Positions 19,278-28,757 of a DNA stretch of 50,838 bases are shown piece after piece. A program made the translations under genes and the position numbers. Source of the DNA: Promethearchaeota archaeon (GTDB lineage Archaea > Asgardarchaeota > Lokiarchaeia > Sigyniarchaeales > SOKP01); contig JBHLPW010000040.1 in NCBI GenBank assembly GCA_048939015.1, forward strand, positions 1-50,838, given 5' to 3'. Every line of letters starts with the position of its first letter. Position 1 is the first letter of the stretch. The notes under the pieces were generated by a model that saw only the letters and a program-made list of their open reading frames with translations, was not told where the DNA came from and did not search any database.

Positions 19278-19421
19278 TTAGACTTTTAAACTAAATCTAT
19301 AGATAAAAAATCTATGAACATTTTTAATATAGCTTAAACTCTATCTTTTCTTATTTGTATAAATTGTAGTAATATTGTTAAAATCTATAGTTTTAAATTT
19401 TATCTAATAAGATTATTTTTT

Positions 19422-20975
19422 ATGAATAATAGTATTTATGATGAAAGTAGAGTTTTAGACACTTATCCCATTATTGTTATTGGAGCGGGACTCGGAGGAC
19501 TCGGAGCTGCATGTCAACTTGCTTCAGTAGGAAAAAAAGTACTGTTGTTAGAAAAACATAATGTCCCCGGTGGTTTTGCTTCTTCGTTTGTCAGAGGAAG
19601 ATTTGAATTCGATAGTGCCTTACATGAATTAAGTGATATCGGAACAGAAAACAATAAAGGGAGCCTATATCGATTTTTAGAAAGACTTGGTGCTATTCCT
19701 GACAAAATACAATTCAGACAAATACCAGAGTTTTATAGAAGTATATTTATGGATGGATATGATGTCACCATGCCCATTGGTTTAGAAGAATATACCGAGA
19801 AATTAATGGAATTATTTCCTTCGGAAAAGAAAGCAATTGAAGACTTTTTAGATGTATGTCAGAAAGTATTAGAAGGAATACAATTTATGATAAAAAGAAG
19901 GGGTCAATATTCGCCAGCTGAAATCCTTAAAGAACATCCATGGCTGATAAGAGTTTCGGGAATTACCCTATCAGAATTCTTTAAAAAATTCTTTACTGAT
20001 AAGCGATTGATTTCGGTTATCGCACATTTATGGGGTTATCTAGGAGTACCTCCATCTAGATTAAATGCATATGCTTATATTGCTATGATCATCACATTTT
20101 TAAAATGGGGAGCCGCTTATCCGGTTGGTAGATCGCATGCATTAACCACTGCAATGGTTAAGGCTTTTGAAGAATTAGGTGGTGAGATAAGATATAATGC
20201 CTTAGTAAACAGAATAATTGTTAAAGATGGAAGAGTTATAGGCGTGGAACTTCTTAATGGAGATGTATATAAATGTCAAGCAGCTATTTCAAATGTTAAT
20301 CCAATATGCACAACCATGAAAATGCTCCCTAAAGATGTGGTTCCAGAAAGTTATATAAAAAAGATTTATGCTCCTGAAGTTGGACCGTCAGCATTTTCAG
20401 TTTATTTAGGATTAAATGCCTCATATAAAGATTTAGGAATTCATGCACATGAGATGACTATAAGTGAATCAGATGACATGGATAAAGCTTATGAAACATT
20501 TGCAAAATTAGAACCGCCAAAATATTTAGTAGCAGGTTGTTATAATCATGTATACAATGATATATCTCCTCCAGGAACGGCAGAGTTATGTATTACAACA
20601 TTACAAATGGGCAAATTATGGTATAATGTTCCTCCTGATCAATACCATAAAGTTAAGGACTATCTTGCTGATAAAATGGTGGAAATAATTGAAAAGACAA
20701 TTTGTCCAAATATACGTGATTATATTGAAGTTGCAGAAGCAGCAACACCACTCACATATTATCGGTACTCAAAAAATATGGATGGAGCAATATATGGATA
20801 TACACAAGATCTATTGGATGGACCAAATCTTAGACTAAAAAGCCGAGGCCCAATACCAGGTTTATATCAATGTGGAGCTTGGACCAATATCGGTGGTGGA
20901 TTCTCAGCAAGTATACTCAGTGGTAGAATTGCTGCAGGAATGTTTTTACAAGATAATAAGGAAGGGAGGCATTAA
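19422..20975 (+). CDS. CrtI/CrtISO/RetSat-superfamily FAD-dependent oxidoreductase (paralog 1)
   Basis: VIGAGLGGLGAA..LA, LEKHNVPGG.A.SF.RGRFEFD, YP.G.S.AL, SAFSVYLG, ATPLTYYRY...GAIYG, GLYQCGAW...GGG. Confidence 0.9.
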   Translation: MNNSIYDESRVLDTYPIIVIGAGLGGLGAACQLASVGKKVLLLEKHNVPGGFASSFVRGRFEFDSALHELSDIGTENNKGSLYRFLERLGAIPDKIQFRQIPEFYRSIFMDGYDVTMPIGLEEYTEKLMELFPSEKKAIEDFLDVCQKVLEGIQFMIKRRGQYSPAEILKEHPWLIRVSGITLSEFFKKFFTDKRLISVIAHLWGYLGVPPSRLNAYAYIAMIITFLKWGAAYPVGRSHALTTAMVKAFEELGGEIRYNALVNRIIVKDGRVIGVELLNGDVYKCQAAISNVNPICTTMKMLPKDVVPESYIKKIYAPEVGPSAFSVYLGLNASYKDLGIHAHEMTISESDDMDKAYETFAKLEPPKYLVAGCYNHVYNDISPPGTAELCITTLQMGKLWYNVPPDQYHKVKDYLADKMVEIIEKTICPNIRDYIEVAEAATPLTYYRYSKNMDGAIYGYTQDLLDGPNLRLKSRGPIPGLYQCGAWTNIGGGFSASILSGRIAAGMFLQDNKEGRH

Positions 20976-20977
20976 AA

Positions 20978-22177
20978 ATGGAAAAAGAGATAATGAATGA
21001 TGTTAAAAAATATCAGAAGCTTGAAAAATTGAAAAAAATGCGAGATGATATTCAACCAATTCCTTGGTATTATGATGGATTAGAAGCTCTTTGTGATCGA
21101 ATTCATCCTGAAAGCCAATTACTTCAAGTTACAGATATAGAAGAATTATCTAAGGATACTAAATTATTTCGATTTATTTCAGCAAAAGGGAATAAGCCTT
21201 TAGCACCATTTCGAGCGGGGCAATACATCGGACTTATAGTTGAAATCGACGGAGTTAGAACTTCACGTCCATTTTCTATAGCATCCTCTCCAAATCAATC
21301 CGCATATTATGAATTAGGAATAAAAAGAAAAGAAAATGGATTCGTGAGTAATTATCTTCTTGATAGATTAAAAGTAGGGGATATTGTAGAAGCAACAGGA
21401 CCATTAGGAGAATTGTATTACAACCAAATTTTTCATGGAAGAGACTTAGTTTTTATTGCAGGGGGTTCAGGGATAACTCCATTTATTTCAATGTTGAGAA
21501 ATATCATGGAACAAAACATAAAATTGAACGTTTGGTTATTATTTGGATGTTTGACTGAGGAAGATATTCTTTTTAAAAAAAAATTAGATGATATTCAATC
21601 ACGACGTTCTAATATAAAAATTCAATATATTCTTTCAGAACCAGGATCAGGTTGGAATGGTGCACGTGGTTTCATTTCAAAAGATAAAATCTTAGAGACT
21701 ATAAGGGCAATTAAAGATAAATTCTTTTACATTGTCGGCAATAGAGCAATGTATTCTTTCATAAAACAACAATTAAATGAACTAAAAGTACCTCAATCTC
21801 GAGCTATTTATGAATTATATGGAGTACCTGATGATGTTACTGAAGAAATGGGATGGCCAAAAGATATAACCGCTTCAAAAAAAGTTAAGGTAAAAATAGA
21901 TTTTATTCAACAAGGGAAAAAAATCCAAAAAATTATAGAAGTATTATGTACTGAACCATTGTTAAATAGTCTTGAAAGAGAAAAAAGTTTGGGATTAATA
22001 ATTAACACTGGATGTCGTTCAGGAGCTTGTGCTTTGTGTAGGACTAAACTAAAGGAAGGAAAAGTTTTTATGATCCCAGATGTAAAAATGAGAGAAATTG
22101 ACGAAGAATTTGGTTTTATTCATCCATGTGTCTCATATCCTTTGACAGATATTCATTTAGATTTAACACTAACATAA
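20978..22177 (+). CDS. FAD/NAD(P)H ferredoxin reductase with C-terminal [2Fe-2S] domain (PaaE/KshB/Hcr-type), paralog 1
   Basis: FRAGQY, RPFSIAS, GFVS, AGGSGITPF, CRSGACALC...HPC. Starts 2 nt after the CrtI-like stop, with GGGAGG in the upstream gene's last codons. Confidence 0.9.
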   Translation: MEKEIMNDVKKYQKLEKLKKMRDDIQPIPWYYDGLEALCDRIHPESQLLQVTDIEELSKDTKLFRFISAKGNKPLAPFRAGQYIGLIVEIDGVRTSRPFSIASSPNQSAYYELGIKRKENGFVSNYLLDRLKVGDIVEATGPLGELYYNQIFHGRDLVFIAGGSGITPFISMLRNIMEQNIKLNVWLLFGCLTEEDILFKKKLDDIQSRRSNIKIQYILSEPGSGWNGARGFISKDKILETIRAIKDKFFYIVGNRAMYSFIKQQLNELKVPQSRAIYELYGVPDDVTEEMGWPKDITASKKVKVKIDFIQQGKKIQKIIEVLCTEPLLNSLEREKSLGLIINTGCRSGACALCRTKLKEGKVFMIPDVKMREIDEEFGFIHPCVSYPLTDIHLDLTLT

Positions 22178-22252
22178 ATATTAAAATCGAAAATTCACCT
22201 TATCCTAAAATTAAAAAATCGCAAAAAATAAAACTTTAATAAATAATATAAA

Positions 22253-22663
22253 GTGAAAAAAGTGAAAATATTTTCAGAAGAATGGGTAGAAGCTTTTGGG
22301 AAAGCAATAAATGATAATCCGAATTATAAACCATCAGCTTTAACTTGGGAAGGGGATATGCTTTTTGTTATCGAACCAAGTGGTAATTTAGACTATACAG
22401 TCAAAGTTCTTGTAGGATTGTATCATGGTGAATGTACAGGAACTAAATTAATAAAAGAAGGAGAAGATGTAGAAGCAGAATTTATCATAACAGGTAATTA
22501 TGATAACGTTTTACAGGTAATAAAAAAAGAAATTGATCCAATCCGAGCTATCATGGCAGGTAAGCTAAAACTTGAAGGAAATATGGCTAAAGTAATGCGG
22601 CATACTAAAGCAGCGCAAGAGATAGTAGTTAGTCTTGGAAATATCGAAACTGAATTTTTATAA
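22253..22663 (+). CDS. SCP2 sterol/lipid-binding domain protein
   Basis: FSEEW, WEGD, HGEC, IDPIRAIMAGKLKLEGNMAKVMR. Confidence 0.88.
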   Translation: MKKVKIFSEEWVEAFGKAINDNPNYKPSALTWEGDMLFVIEPSGNLDYTVKVLVGLYHGECTGTKLIKEGEDVEAEFIITGNYDNVLQVIKKEIDPIRAIMAGKLKLEGNMAKVMRHTKAAQEIVVSLGNIETEFL

Positions 22664-22727
22664 ATTTATTTTTTTTGAAATTTTTTTATTAATAAATTAA
22701 ATACATTAATATTGGTGTGAAAAAGAA

Positions 22728-23927
22728 GTGTGGTACTTTTATAGTCCCAATATAATTTATGGCGAGGATAGTTTAGATTTTATTGAAAATATAAGCGGAA
22801 ATAAGTGTTTCATAGTCACAGATGAACAAATTGAAAAATTAGGATATTTAAAAATTCTAACAGAGAAAATTGAAAAATTTGGGAAGTCATTCCAAATATT
22901 TAATAATGTTCTGCCTGATCCTCATGAAGAGATTGTACTAGAAGCAAGAGAAAAATGTATATCTTACGAGCCAGATCTAATTATTGCTTTAGGAGGAGGT
23001 TCAGTAATAGATACAGGTAAAGCTGTTTGGGCTTTATTTGAATTTCCGGATTACATACTTGATGACGTTCATACATTTGATCCTCAATTATATGAAATGG
23101 GTAAAAAAGCTAAATTCATTGCAATACCAACTACATCAGGAACAGGTTCAGAAGCGACAAATGCTTCAATTATTTCTAGATTGGATGATAACATATGGAA
23201 GAAATATATTTTTGCTCATAAAGGATTAACTCCTACTTACGCTATAGTTGATCCAATATTCCCTTCAGGTATGCCTTTAGAATTAACGATAGATACAGCT
23301 CTAGATGCACTATCGCATGCCATAGAAGGAATGATATCAAATTGGAGGAATGAATTTTCTAATGGAATTGGTTTAAAAGCAATAGAGCTTATTTTCAAAT
23401 ATTTACCACTTGTTTATAAAGATGGTAGAAACAAGGAAGCAAGAGATTATTTACATCAAGCAGCAACAATGGCAGGTTTAGCATTTAGTAATTCTCAAGT
23501 TCATATCGGTCATGGAATGGGTCATGGATGGGGAGCAGTATTTCATACTCCTCATGGAAAATCTGTTGGAGTTTTACTTCCATATGTCACACAATTTTGC
23601 CTAAATAACCCAGATAAAGATGATAAGACAATAGAAATTTATGCTAAGATGTCTAAACAGCTTGGTTGGTCTAAATGGGACGATGTAGATAAAAATGCGG
23701 CATTTGTTGTCATTGATAAAATCAGAGAGCTTCAAAAATTGCTTGGATTTCCAACAAAATTAAAAGATTTAGGCGTCTCGAAAGAAGACTTAGAAAACAA
23801 TCTAGAAATGTTGGTGATGTGTTGTTTTCAGGATGCGACTAGTGTTATGACTCCCAGATCTATTACAGATGAATATTACAGAAAACTATACTATTATGCA
23901 TATGAAGGCAAAGATGTAGACTTTTGA
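22728..23927 (+). CDS. Iron-containing alcohol dehydrogenase
   Basis: ALGGGSVIDTGK, AIPTTSGTGSE, DALSHAIE, HGMGH, PHG. GTG start after GGTG. Confidence 0.92.
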   Translation: MWYFYSPNIIYGEDSLDFIENISGNKCFIVTDEQIEKLGYLKILTEKIEKFGKSFQIFNNVLPDPHEEIVLEAREKCISYEPDLIIALGGGSVIDTGKAVWALFEFPDYILDDVHTFDPQLYEMGKKAKFIAIPTTSGTGSEATNASIISRLDDNIWKKYIFAHKGLTPTYAIVDPIFPSGMPLELTIDTALDALSHAIEGMISNWRNEFSNGIGLKAIELIFKYLPLVYKDGRNKEARDYLHQAATMAGLAFSNSQVHIGHGMGHGWGAVFHTPHGKSVGVLLPYVTQFCLNNPDKDDKTIEIYAKMSKQLGWSKWDDVDKNAAFVVIDKIRELQKLLGFPTKLKDLGVSKEDLENNLEMLVMCCFQDATSVMTPRSITDEYYRKLYYYAYEGKDVDF

Positions 23928-24004
23928 GATAAAAATTAAAAATTTTAATTAATTTCATTTTACAAATTTTATTTTTAACAATACAAATTATAAAATTCCC
24001 TATC

Positions 24005-25852
24005 ATGGTATCATTAAAAGGCTTTGTAGGAAAACTATTAATTGTTGATCTTAATAACCAAGAGATTTCTGAAGAAAGTCTTAATGAAAATATAGCAAAA
24101 TCTTTCCTTGGAGGTACTGGATATAGTTGTAGATATCTATATGATTATATTGATAAAGATACGGACCCTTTATCTCCAGATAATATACTAATGTTTATGA
24201 CAGGACCATTTTGTGGTTCGAACGTTCCTACTAATGGAAGATTTTCGATATGTTCTAAATCCCCTTATACTGGAATTTGGGGAGAGGCAATATGTGGTGG
24301 ATTTTTTGGGCCTGAATTAAAAAAAGCAGGTTATGATGGAATAATATTTAAAGGCGCCTCTAAAAATCCTGTCTATTTAAATATAACTAATGGAAAGGCT
24401 GAAATTAAAGATGCATCAACTTTATGGGGTAAAGGAGTTTTTGAAACCTCAAAAATATTGAAAAAAGTATCGGGATCAGATTTAACTAGGATTGCTTGTA
24501 TTGGACAAGCTGGTGAAAATTTAGTAAAATATGCTACAATTGCTTCCGAGGAAAAAGCAGCAGGTAGGACAGGAATGGGTGCAGTTATGGGATCAAAAAA
24601 GTTAAAAGCAATATCTGTTAGAGCATCAAAAAGAATTTATGAAGCTGCGGAAGCAAATAAATTTAAAGAAACTGTTAAAAAAATTACAGAAGAAATCAAT
24701 TCAGCTTTTGCATCTCAGATGTTTGGAATTTTGGGTACTTCGAGTGGTGTGGATAAATATAATTTAGAGGGGGAATTACCCATCAAATATTGGACATTAG
24801 GAACTTGGGATGGTGCTTTTGATATTTCTGGAGCAACAGCTTCAGAAAAAATATTTTCCAGAAGTTATCCTTGTTTTTCATGTCCTATAGGATGTGCTAA
24901 AAAAGCATTAATTAAGGAGGGAGAATATAAAACTGATCAAGAAATTGAAGCTGCTGAATATGAAACGGTAGTGAGTTTTGGTTCATTAATTTTAAATAAT
25001 AATCTTGAATCAATTCAACGAGCTAATTATCTATGTAATGACTTTGGGATTGATACTATAAGTGGAGGAAGTACAATAGCCTTTATTTATTATTTATTTA
25101 ATAATGGAAAGATAAAGTCTACAGATATTGATGGTTTAGAACCTAAATGGGGGGATATAAAGTCAGCTTTAGAGATGATCCAAAAAATTGGATTTCGAGA
25201 AGGAATTGGGGATCTTTTAGCCAAAGGATCTAACACTGTTGGGCAGAAATTTAATATACATCAAGATGAAATAGCCACGGCATATGGTATGGAAATCCCT
25301 TTTCACGATTTAAGACGTTGTTTTGGTATGGCAATTGCGTATGGAATAGCTACAACAAGAGGACCATGTCATATGGCCTGTGATGCTTATTTTGTATTAT
25401 TAGGTCTTCCCATAGAAGAATTTGATGTTGATTTAAGTGTTGATTGGTATTCAGATAATGAAGATATGGCAAGAGTCTGTGCTCAGATTCAGAATTATCG
25501 AGCAATCTATAATTCATTAATATTGTGCAGTTTTGCTAATCCTCCTCTCTCAATGATTATTGAGTTGTTAAATACAGCTACTGGATTAGATCTTAATCTT
25601 GAAGAATTTAAAATTTTAGGTGAGAGAATCTATATGATTAAAAGACTGTTCAATCTAAAAATGGGCATAACACCCGCAGATGATAAACTTCCAAAGATCG
25701 TACTTATTCCGCTTAATGAAGGAGGTTCAGCAGGAAAATCGCCAGATTTTCAAAAATTAAAAGAATCATACTATAAATACAGAACTTTTGATCTTAAAAC
25801 GGGATACCCCACTCAAGGAAAATTAAAAACTCTTGGCTTAGATTTGCTCTAA
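24005..25852 (+). CDS. aor: Tungsten-containing aldehyde:ferredoxin oxidoreductase
   Basis: KSPYTG, GGFFGPELKKAGYD, AGRTGMGAVMGSKKLKA, CFSCPIGC, EYET, GIDTIS, RGPCH. Confidence 0.92.
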   Translation: MVSLKGFVGKLLIVDLNNQEISEESLNENIAKSFLGGTGYSCRYLYDYIDKDTDPLSPDNILMFMTGPFCGSNVPTNGRFSICSKSPYTGIWGEAICGGFFGPELKKAGYDGIIFKGASKNPVYLNITNGKAEIKDASTLWGKGVFETSKILKKVSGSDLTRIACIGQAGENLVKYATIASEEKAAGRTGMGAVMGSKKLKAISVRASKRIYEAAEANKFKETVKKITEEINSAFASQMFGILGTSSGVDKYNLEGELPIKYWTLGTWDGAFDISGATASEKIFSRSYPCFSCPIGCAKKALIKEGEYKTDQEIEAAEYETVVSFGSLILNNNLESIQRANYLCNDFGIDTISGGSTIAFIYYLFNNGKIKSTDIDGLEPKWGDIKSALEMIQKIGFREGIGDLLAKGSNTVGQKFNIHQDEIATAYGMEIPFHDLRRCFGMAIAYGIATTRGPCHMACDAYFVLLGLPIEEFDVDLSVDWYSDNEDMARVCAQIQNYRAIYNSLILCSFANPPLSMIIELLNTATGLDLNLEEFKILGERIYMIKRLFNLKMGITPADDKLPKIVLIPLNEGGSAGKSPDFQKLKESYYKYRTFDLKTGYPTQGKLKTLGLDLL

Positions 25853-25963
25853 AAGACTTTTAAAAATTTTATTTTAATTATTTTTAAGTATCCAGATTTA
25901 GTTTTTTTAAAATTCTTAATAATTCTGCAAAATTTTCATTAAATAAGAAATTAATAAAAAAAA

Positions 25964-27148
25964 TTAAGTTAAATCTAGCGTTAAATCGGTTAAAGGATAA
26001 GAAATACATGGATGTATATAACCAAACTTTTGATCTACTTCTCTAATAATTATTTCCGGCGGAATAAATACTTCTCCTGTGATTAATTTAGTTCTACACA
26101 ACGCACATGCCCCTGAACGACATCCACTCTCAATTTTAATTTCCGTTCCCATTTCTCTTTCAATACTATTTAATAATGGCTCAATACAAGGAGCTTCGAA
26201 AGTTTTCAAATCAATTTTATCTAAATTATTATATCTCACTGAAATTTTCACTTTTTTAGAAGAATCAACACCACTTGGCCATCCAATGACTTTAGTTACA
26301 TCATCAGGACTTCCATAGGCTTCATATGCAATTCTATGTTTAGGAATGTTTATCTCTTCTAATTCTTTAAATATGAATTGGTACATATCTCGATTTCCAA
26401 CAACATAAAAGAATTTATCATTAACATTTCCTACAAAATTCTTAATTGTATCTCTAGTAATAAATCCACATTCTCCCTTCCAATCTGAGCTATCTGCCTC
26501 GGACAGTATACAGTTGAATTTAAAGTTATTTCTCCGTGATTGCAAATCCTCAAGTTCTTGTCTAAAGATAATATCTCCTTCAGTGAGACAACCAAATAAT
26601 AACCAGATATTTACAGGTAATAATCTCTCAGAAATGTCTCTTAACATGGAAATGAATGGAGTTATCCCACATCCACCAGCAATGAAAACTAAATTATCTC
26701 CATGAAAGAGCCTATTATTATAGAAAACACCTAAAGGTTCAGTACTTTCTAAAATATCACCAATTTTTAAATTATTATAGAGATATACACTAACAAATCC
26801 ATTTTCTTTCTTTCTGATCCCAAGCTCATAATAAGCATGTTGATTAGGAGATGAAACTATCGAATAGGGGCGTGATGTCCTTACCCCATTTATTTCAATT
26901 GTAAGTCCAATGTATTGTCCTGCCCGAAATGGAGGCAATGCCTTCGTAGATCTTGCTGGAATTAATCGATATAATTTCGTATCATGGGAAAGATCTTTTA
27001 TATCCGATACTTTTAACCAAATTTTACCAGGATGAAGACGATCATGTAGATTTTCCATACTATCAAAATATTCAGGTAACTCCTTTACTTCCTCTCTCCA
27101 TTTCTGCATTTTCTGAGCATAAGTAAATTTCTTTAGATCTTTAAACAC
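25964..27148 (-). CDS. FAD/NAD(P)H ferredoxin reductase with C-terminal [2Fe-2S] domain, paralog 2
   Basis: FRAGQYIGL, RTSRPYS, AGGCGITPF, CRSGACALC...HPCISYP. GTG start 6 nt after the CrtI-like stop, with GGAGG upstream. Confidence 0.9.
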   Translation of the reverse strand: MFKDLKKFTYAQKMQKWREEVKELPEYFDSMENLHDRLHPGKIWLKVSDIKDLSHDTKLYRLIPARSTKALPPFRAGQYIGLTIEINGVRTSRPYSIVSSPNQHAYYELGIRKKENGFVSVYLYNNLKIGDILESTEPLGVFYNNRLFHGDNLVFIAGGCGITPFISMLRDISERLLPVNIWLLFGCLTEGDIIFRQELEDLQSRRNNFKFNCILSEADSSDWKGECGFITRDTIKNFVGNVNDKFFYVVGNRDMYQFIFKELEEINIPKHRIAYEAYGSPDDVTKVIGWPSGVDSSKKVKISVRYNNLDKIDLKTFEAPCIEPLLNSIEREMGTEIKIESGCRSGACALCRTKLITGEVFIPPEIIIREVDQKFGYIHPCISYPLTDLTLDLT

Positions 27149-27154
27149 TTTTCT

Positions 27155-28690
27155 TCACACTCCTCCTTTTTCCTTTTCTTCTAAGTACATACTAGCTGCC
27201 ATTCTTCCACTTGTAATGCTTGTTGAATAACCTCCACCTAGATTTACCCATGCTCCTGCGAAAAATAAACCTGAAATTGGACCTTTACTATTCAGTCTCA
27301 ACATAGGGCTATCTAAAAGATCTTGTTTATAACCATAAATTGCTCCATTCAAACTCTTTGAATAGTGATAATAAGTAAGTGGAGTTGCTGCTTCTGCTAT
27401 TTCTATATGTTCTCTTAGATTAGGATATAGTAATTCTTCAACCATATCTATCATATTGTTTGCCATTTCATCCTTCTTATGATGATATTGATCAGGAGAG
27501 ACAGTAGACCAAGGTTTACCATCCTGAAGTACTGTTAATACTACTTGACTCGTTCCTGGTGGTGAAATACCTTCATACATAACATTGTAACAAGATGCTA
27601 AAAGGTATTTTGGTGGTTCTATTTTAAGCGAACTCAAGTATTGTTCTTCTAAGTTATATGTTGAGTTTAAAAAAACTTCAAAATGAGTTATACCTAAGTC
27701 TTTAGGCTTTGCATTCAATCCTAAATACGCTGTAAAGACCGAGGTTCCGATATCTGGTGCATATACTCGTTTTTTATAACTATCTGGGATACTTTCTCGG
27801 GGAAGCATTTTCATAGTAGTGCATATTGGATTGACATTTGAGACGATTGCTTTACAAGAGTATCTTTCTCCATTAAGTAGTTCAACACCACTTACTTTAC
27901 CTTCTTCAACAAGAATTCGATTTACTAAGGCATTATATTTTATAGTACCTCCCAATTTTTCGAAAGCTTCTATAATTACACTAGATAATGCATGAGATCT
28001 GCCAACAGGGAATACAGCATCATCCAAAAGGGCTATCAAAACTAATATGTAGTACATTGCATTTACCCTTGATGGGGGTAAACCTTCATAACCCCATAAT
28101 TGACTCGCAATAGCCCTTAATCTTTGGTCTTTAAAACATCTATCATAGATATCATTAAGTGTTAATCCTCCAACGCGAGCTAGATAGGGATGTTTAAAAA
28201 GTATTCCTATTGGGGATGCTTTTCCCTCTTTTTCTGCTACGTAATTGAATCCCGCTCTAACCTTATATACAATTTTTTTCCATTTTTTAATTCCTTTTTT
28301 CTCTTTCGGAAAAAGTTCTATTAGTTTATCGAAATATGCTTCTCTCTCATTTGGAAAAGTAATATCAGTCCCATCATAAAACACACTTCTACAGAGATCC
28401 ATTGGTTTTTTAAATTCGATCTTATTAAACACTCCTAAATCTTTAAAAAAATCGTATAGACTTAATGGATGCTCCTCAGTTCCAACTTCAGCTAGTACAT
28501 GTAAGGCACCTTCAAATTCAAATCTCCCTCGAACAAATGATGTAGCAAATCCCCCTGGAACATTGTGCTTTTCTAATAATAAAACTTTTTCTCCAGAAAG
28601 AGCAAGCTGACACGCAGCTCCAAGTCCACCTAATCCAGCTCCGATAACTACTACAGGTAATTCATTCTTATTTAAATTCTCTTTTTCCAT
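27155..28690 (-). CDS. CrtI/CrtISO/RetSat-superfamily FAD-dependent oxidoreductase (paralog 2)
   Basis: Same motifs as 19422-20975, with long identical blocks (VIGAGLGGLGAACQLA, SNVNPICTTMKMLP, AEAATPLTYY). Confidence 0.9.
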   Translation of the reverse strand: MEKENLNKNELPVVVIGAGLGGLGAACQLALSGEKVLLLEKHNVPGGFATSFVRGRFEFEGALHVLAEVGTEEHPLSLYDFFKDLGVFNKIEFKKPMDLCRSVFYDGTDITFPNEREAYFDKLIELFPKEKKGIKKWKKIVYKVRAGFNYVAEKEGKASPIGILFKHPYLARVGGLTLNDIYDRCFKDQRLRAIASQLWGYEGLPPSRVNAMYYILVLIALLDDAVFPVGRSHALSSVIIEAFEKLGGTIKYNALVNRILVEEGKVSGVELLNGERYSCKAIVSNVNPICTTMKMLPRESIPDSYKKRVYAPDIGTSVFTAYLGLNAKPKDLGITHFEVFLNSTYNLEEQYLSSLKIEPPKYLLASCYNVMYEGISPPGTSQVVLTVLQDGKPWSTVSPDQYHHKKDEMANNMIDMVEELLYPNLREHIEIAEAATPLTYYHYSKSLNGAIYGYKQDLLDSPMLRLNSKGPISGLFFAGAWVNLGGGYSTSITSGRMAASMYLEEKEKGGV

Positions 28691-28757
28691 AATAATAATT
28701 CAATTTTTTTATTTTTATAATTTTAAATTTTTAAATAAAAAAATAATTCGATTATAT

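Noticed and set aside
20978-27148. KshB/PaaE assignment implying aerobic steroid or phenylacetate oxygenation
   Set aside because: No Rieske or di-iron oxygenase subunit nearby, and the neighbours are O2-sensitive enzyme types.
19422-28690. Carotenoid biosynthesis (crtI) interpretation
   Set aside because: No phytoene synthase, cyclase or prenyltransferase in the window and the context is catabolic, so no gene symbol was assigned.
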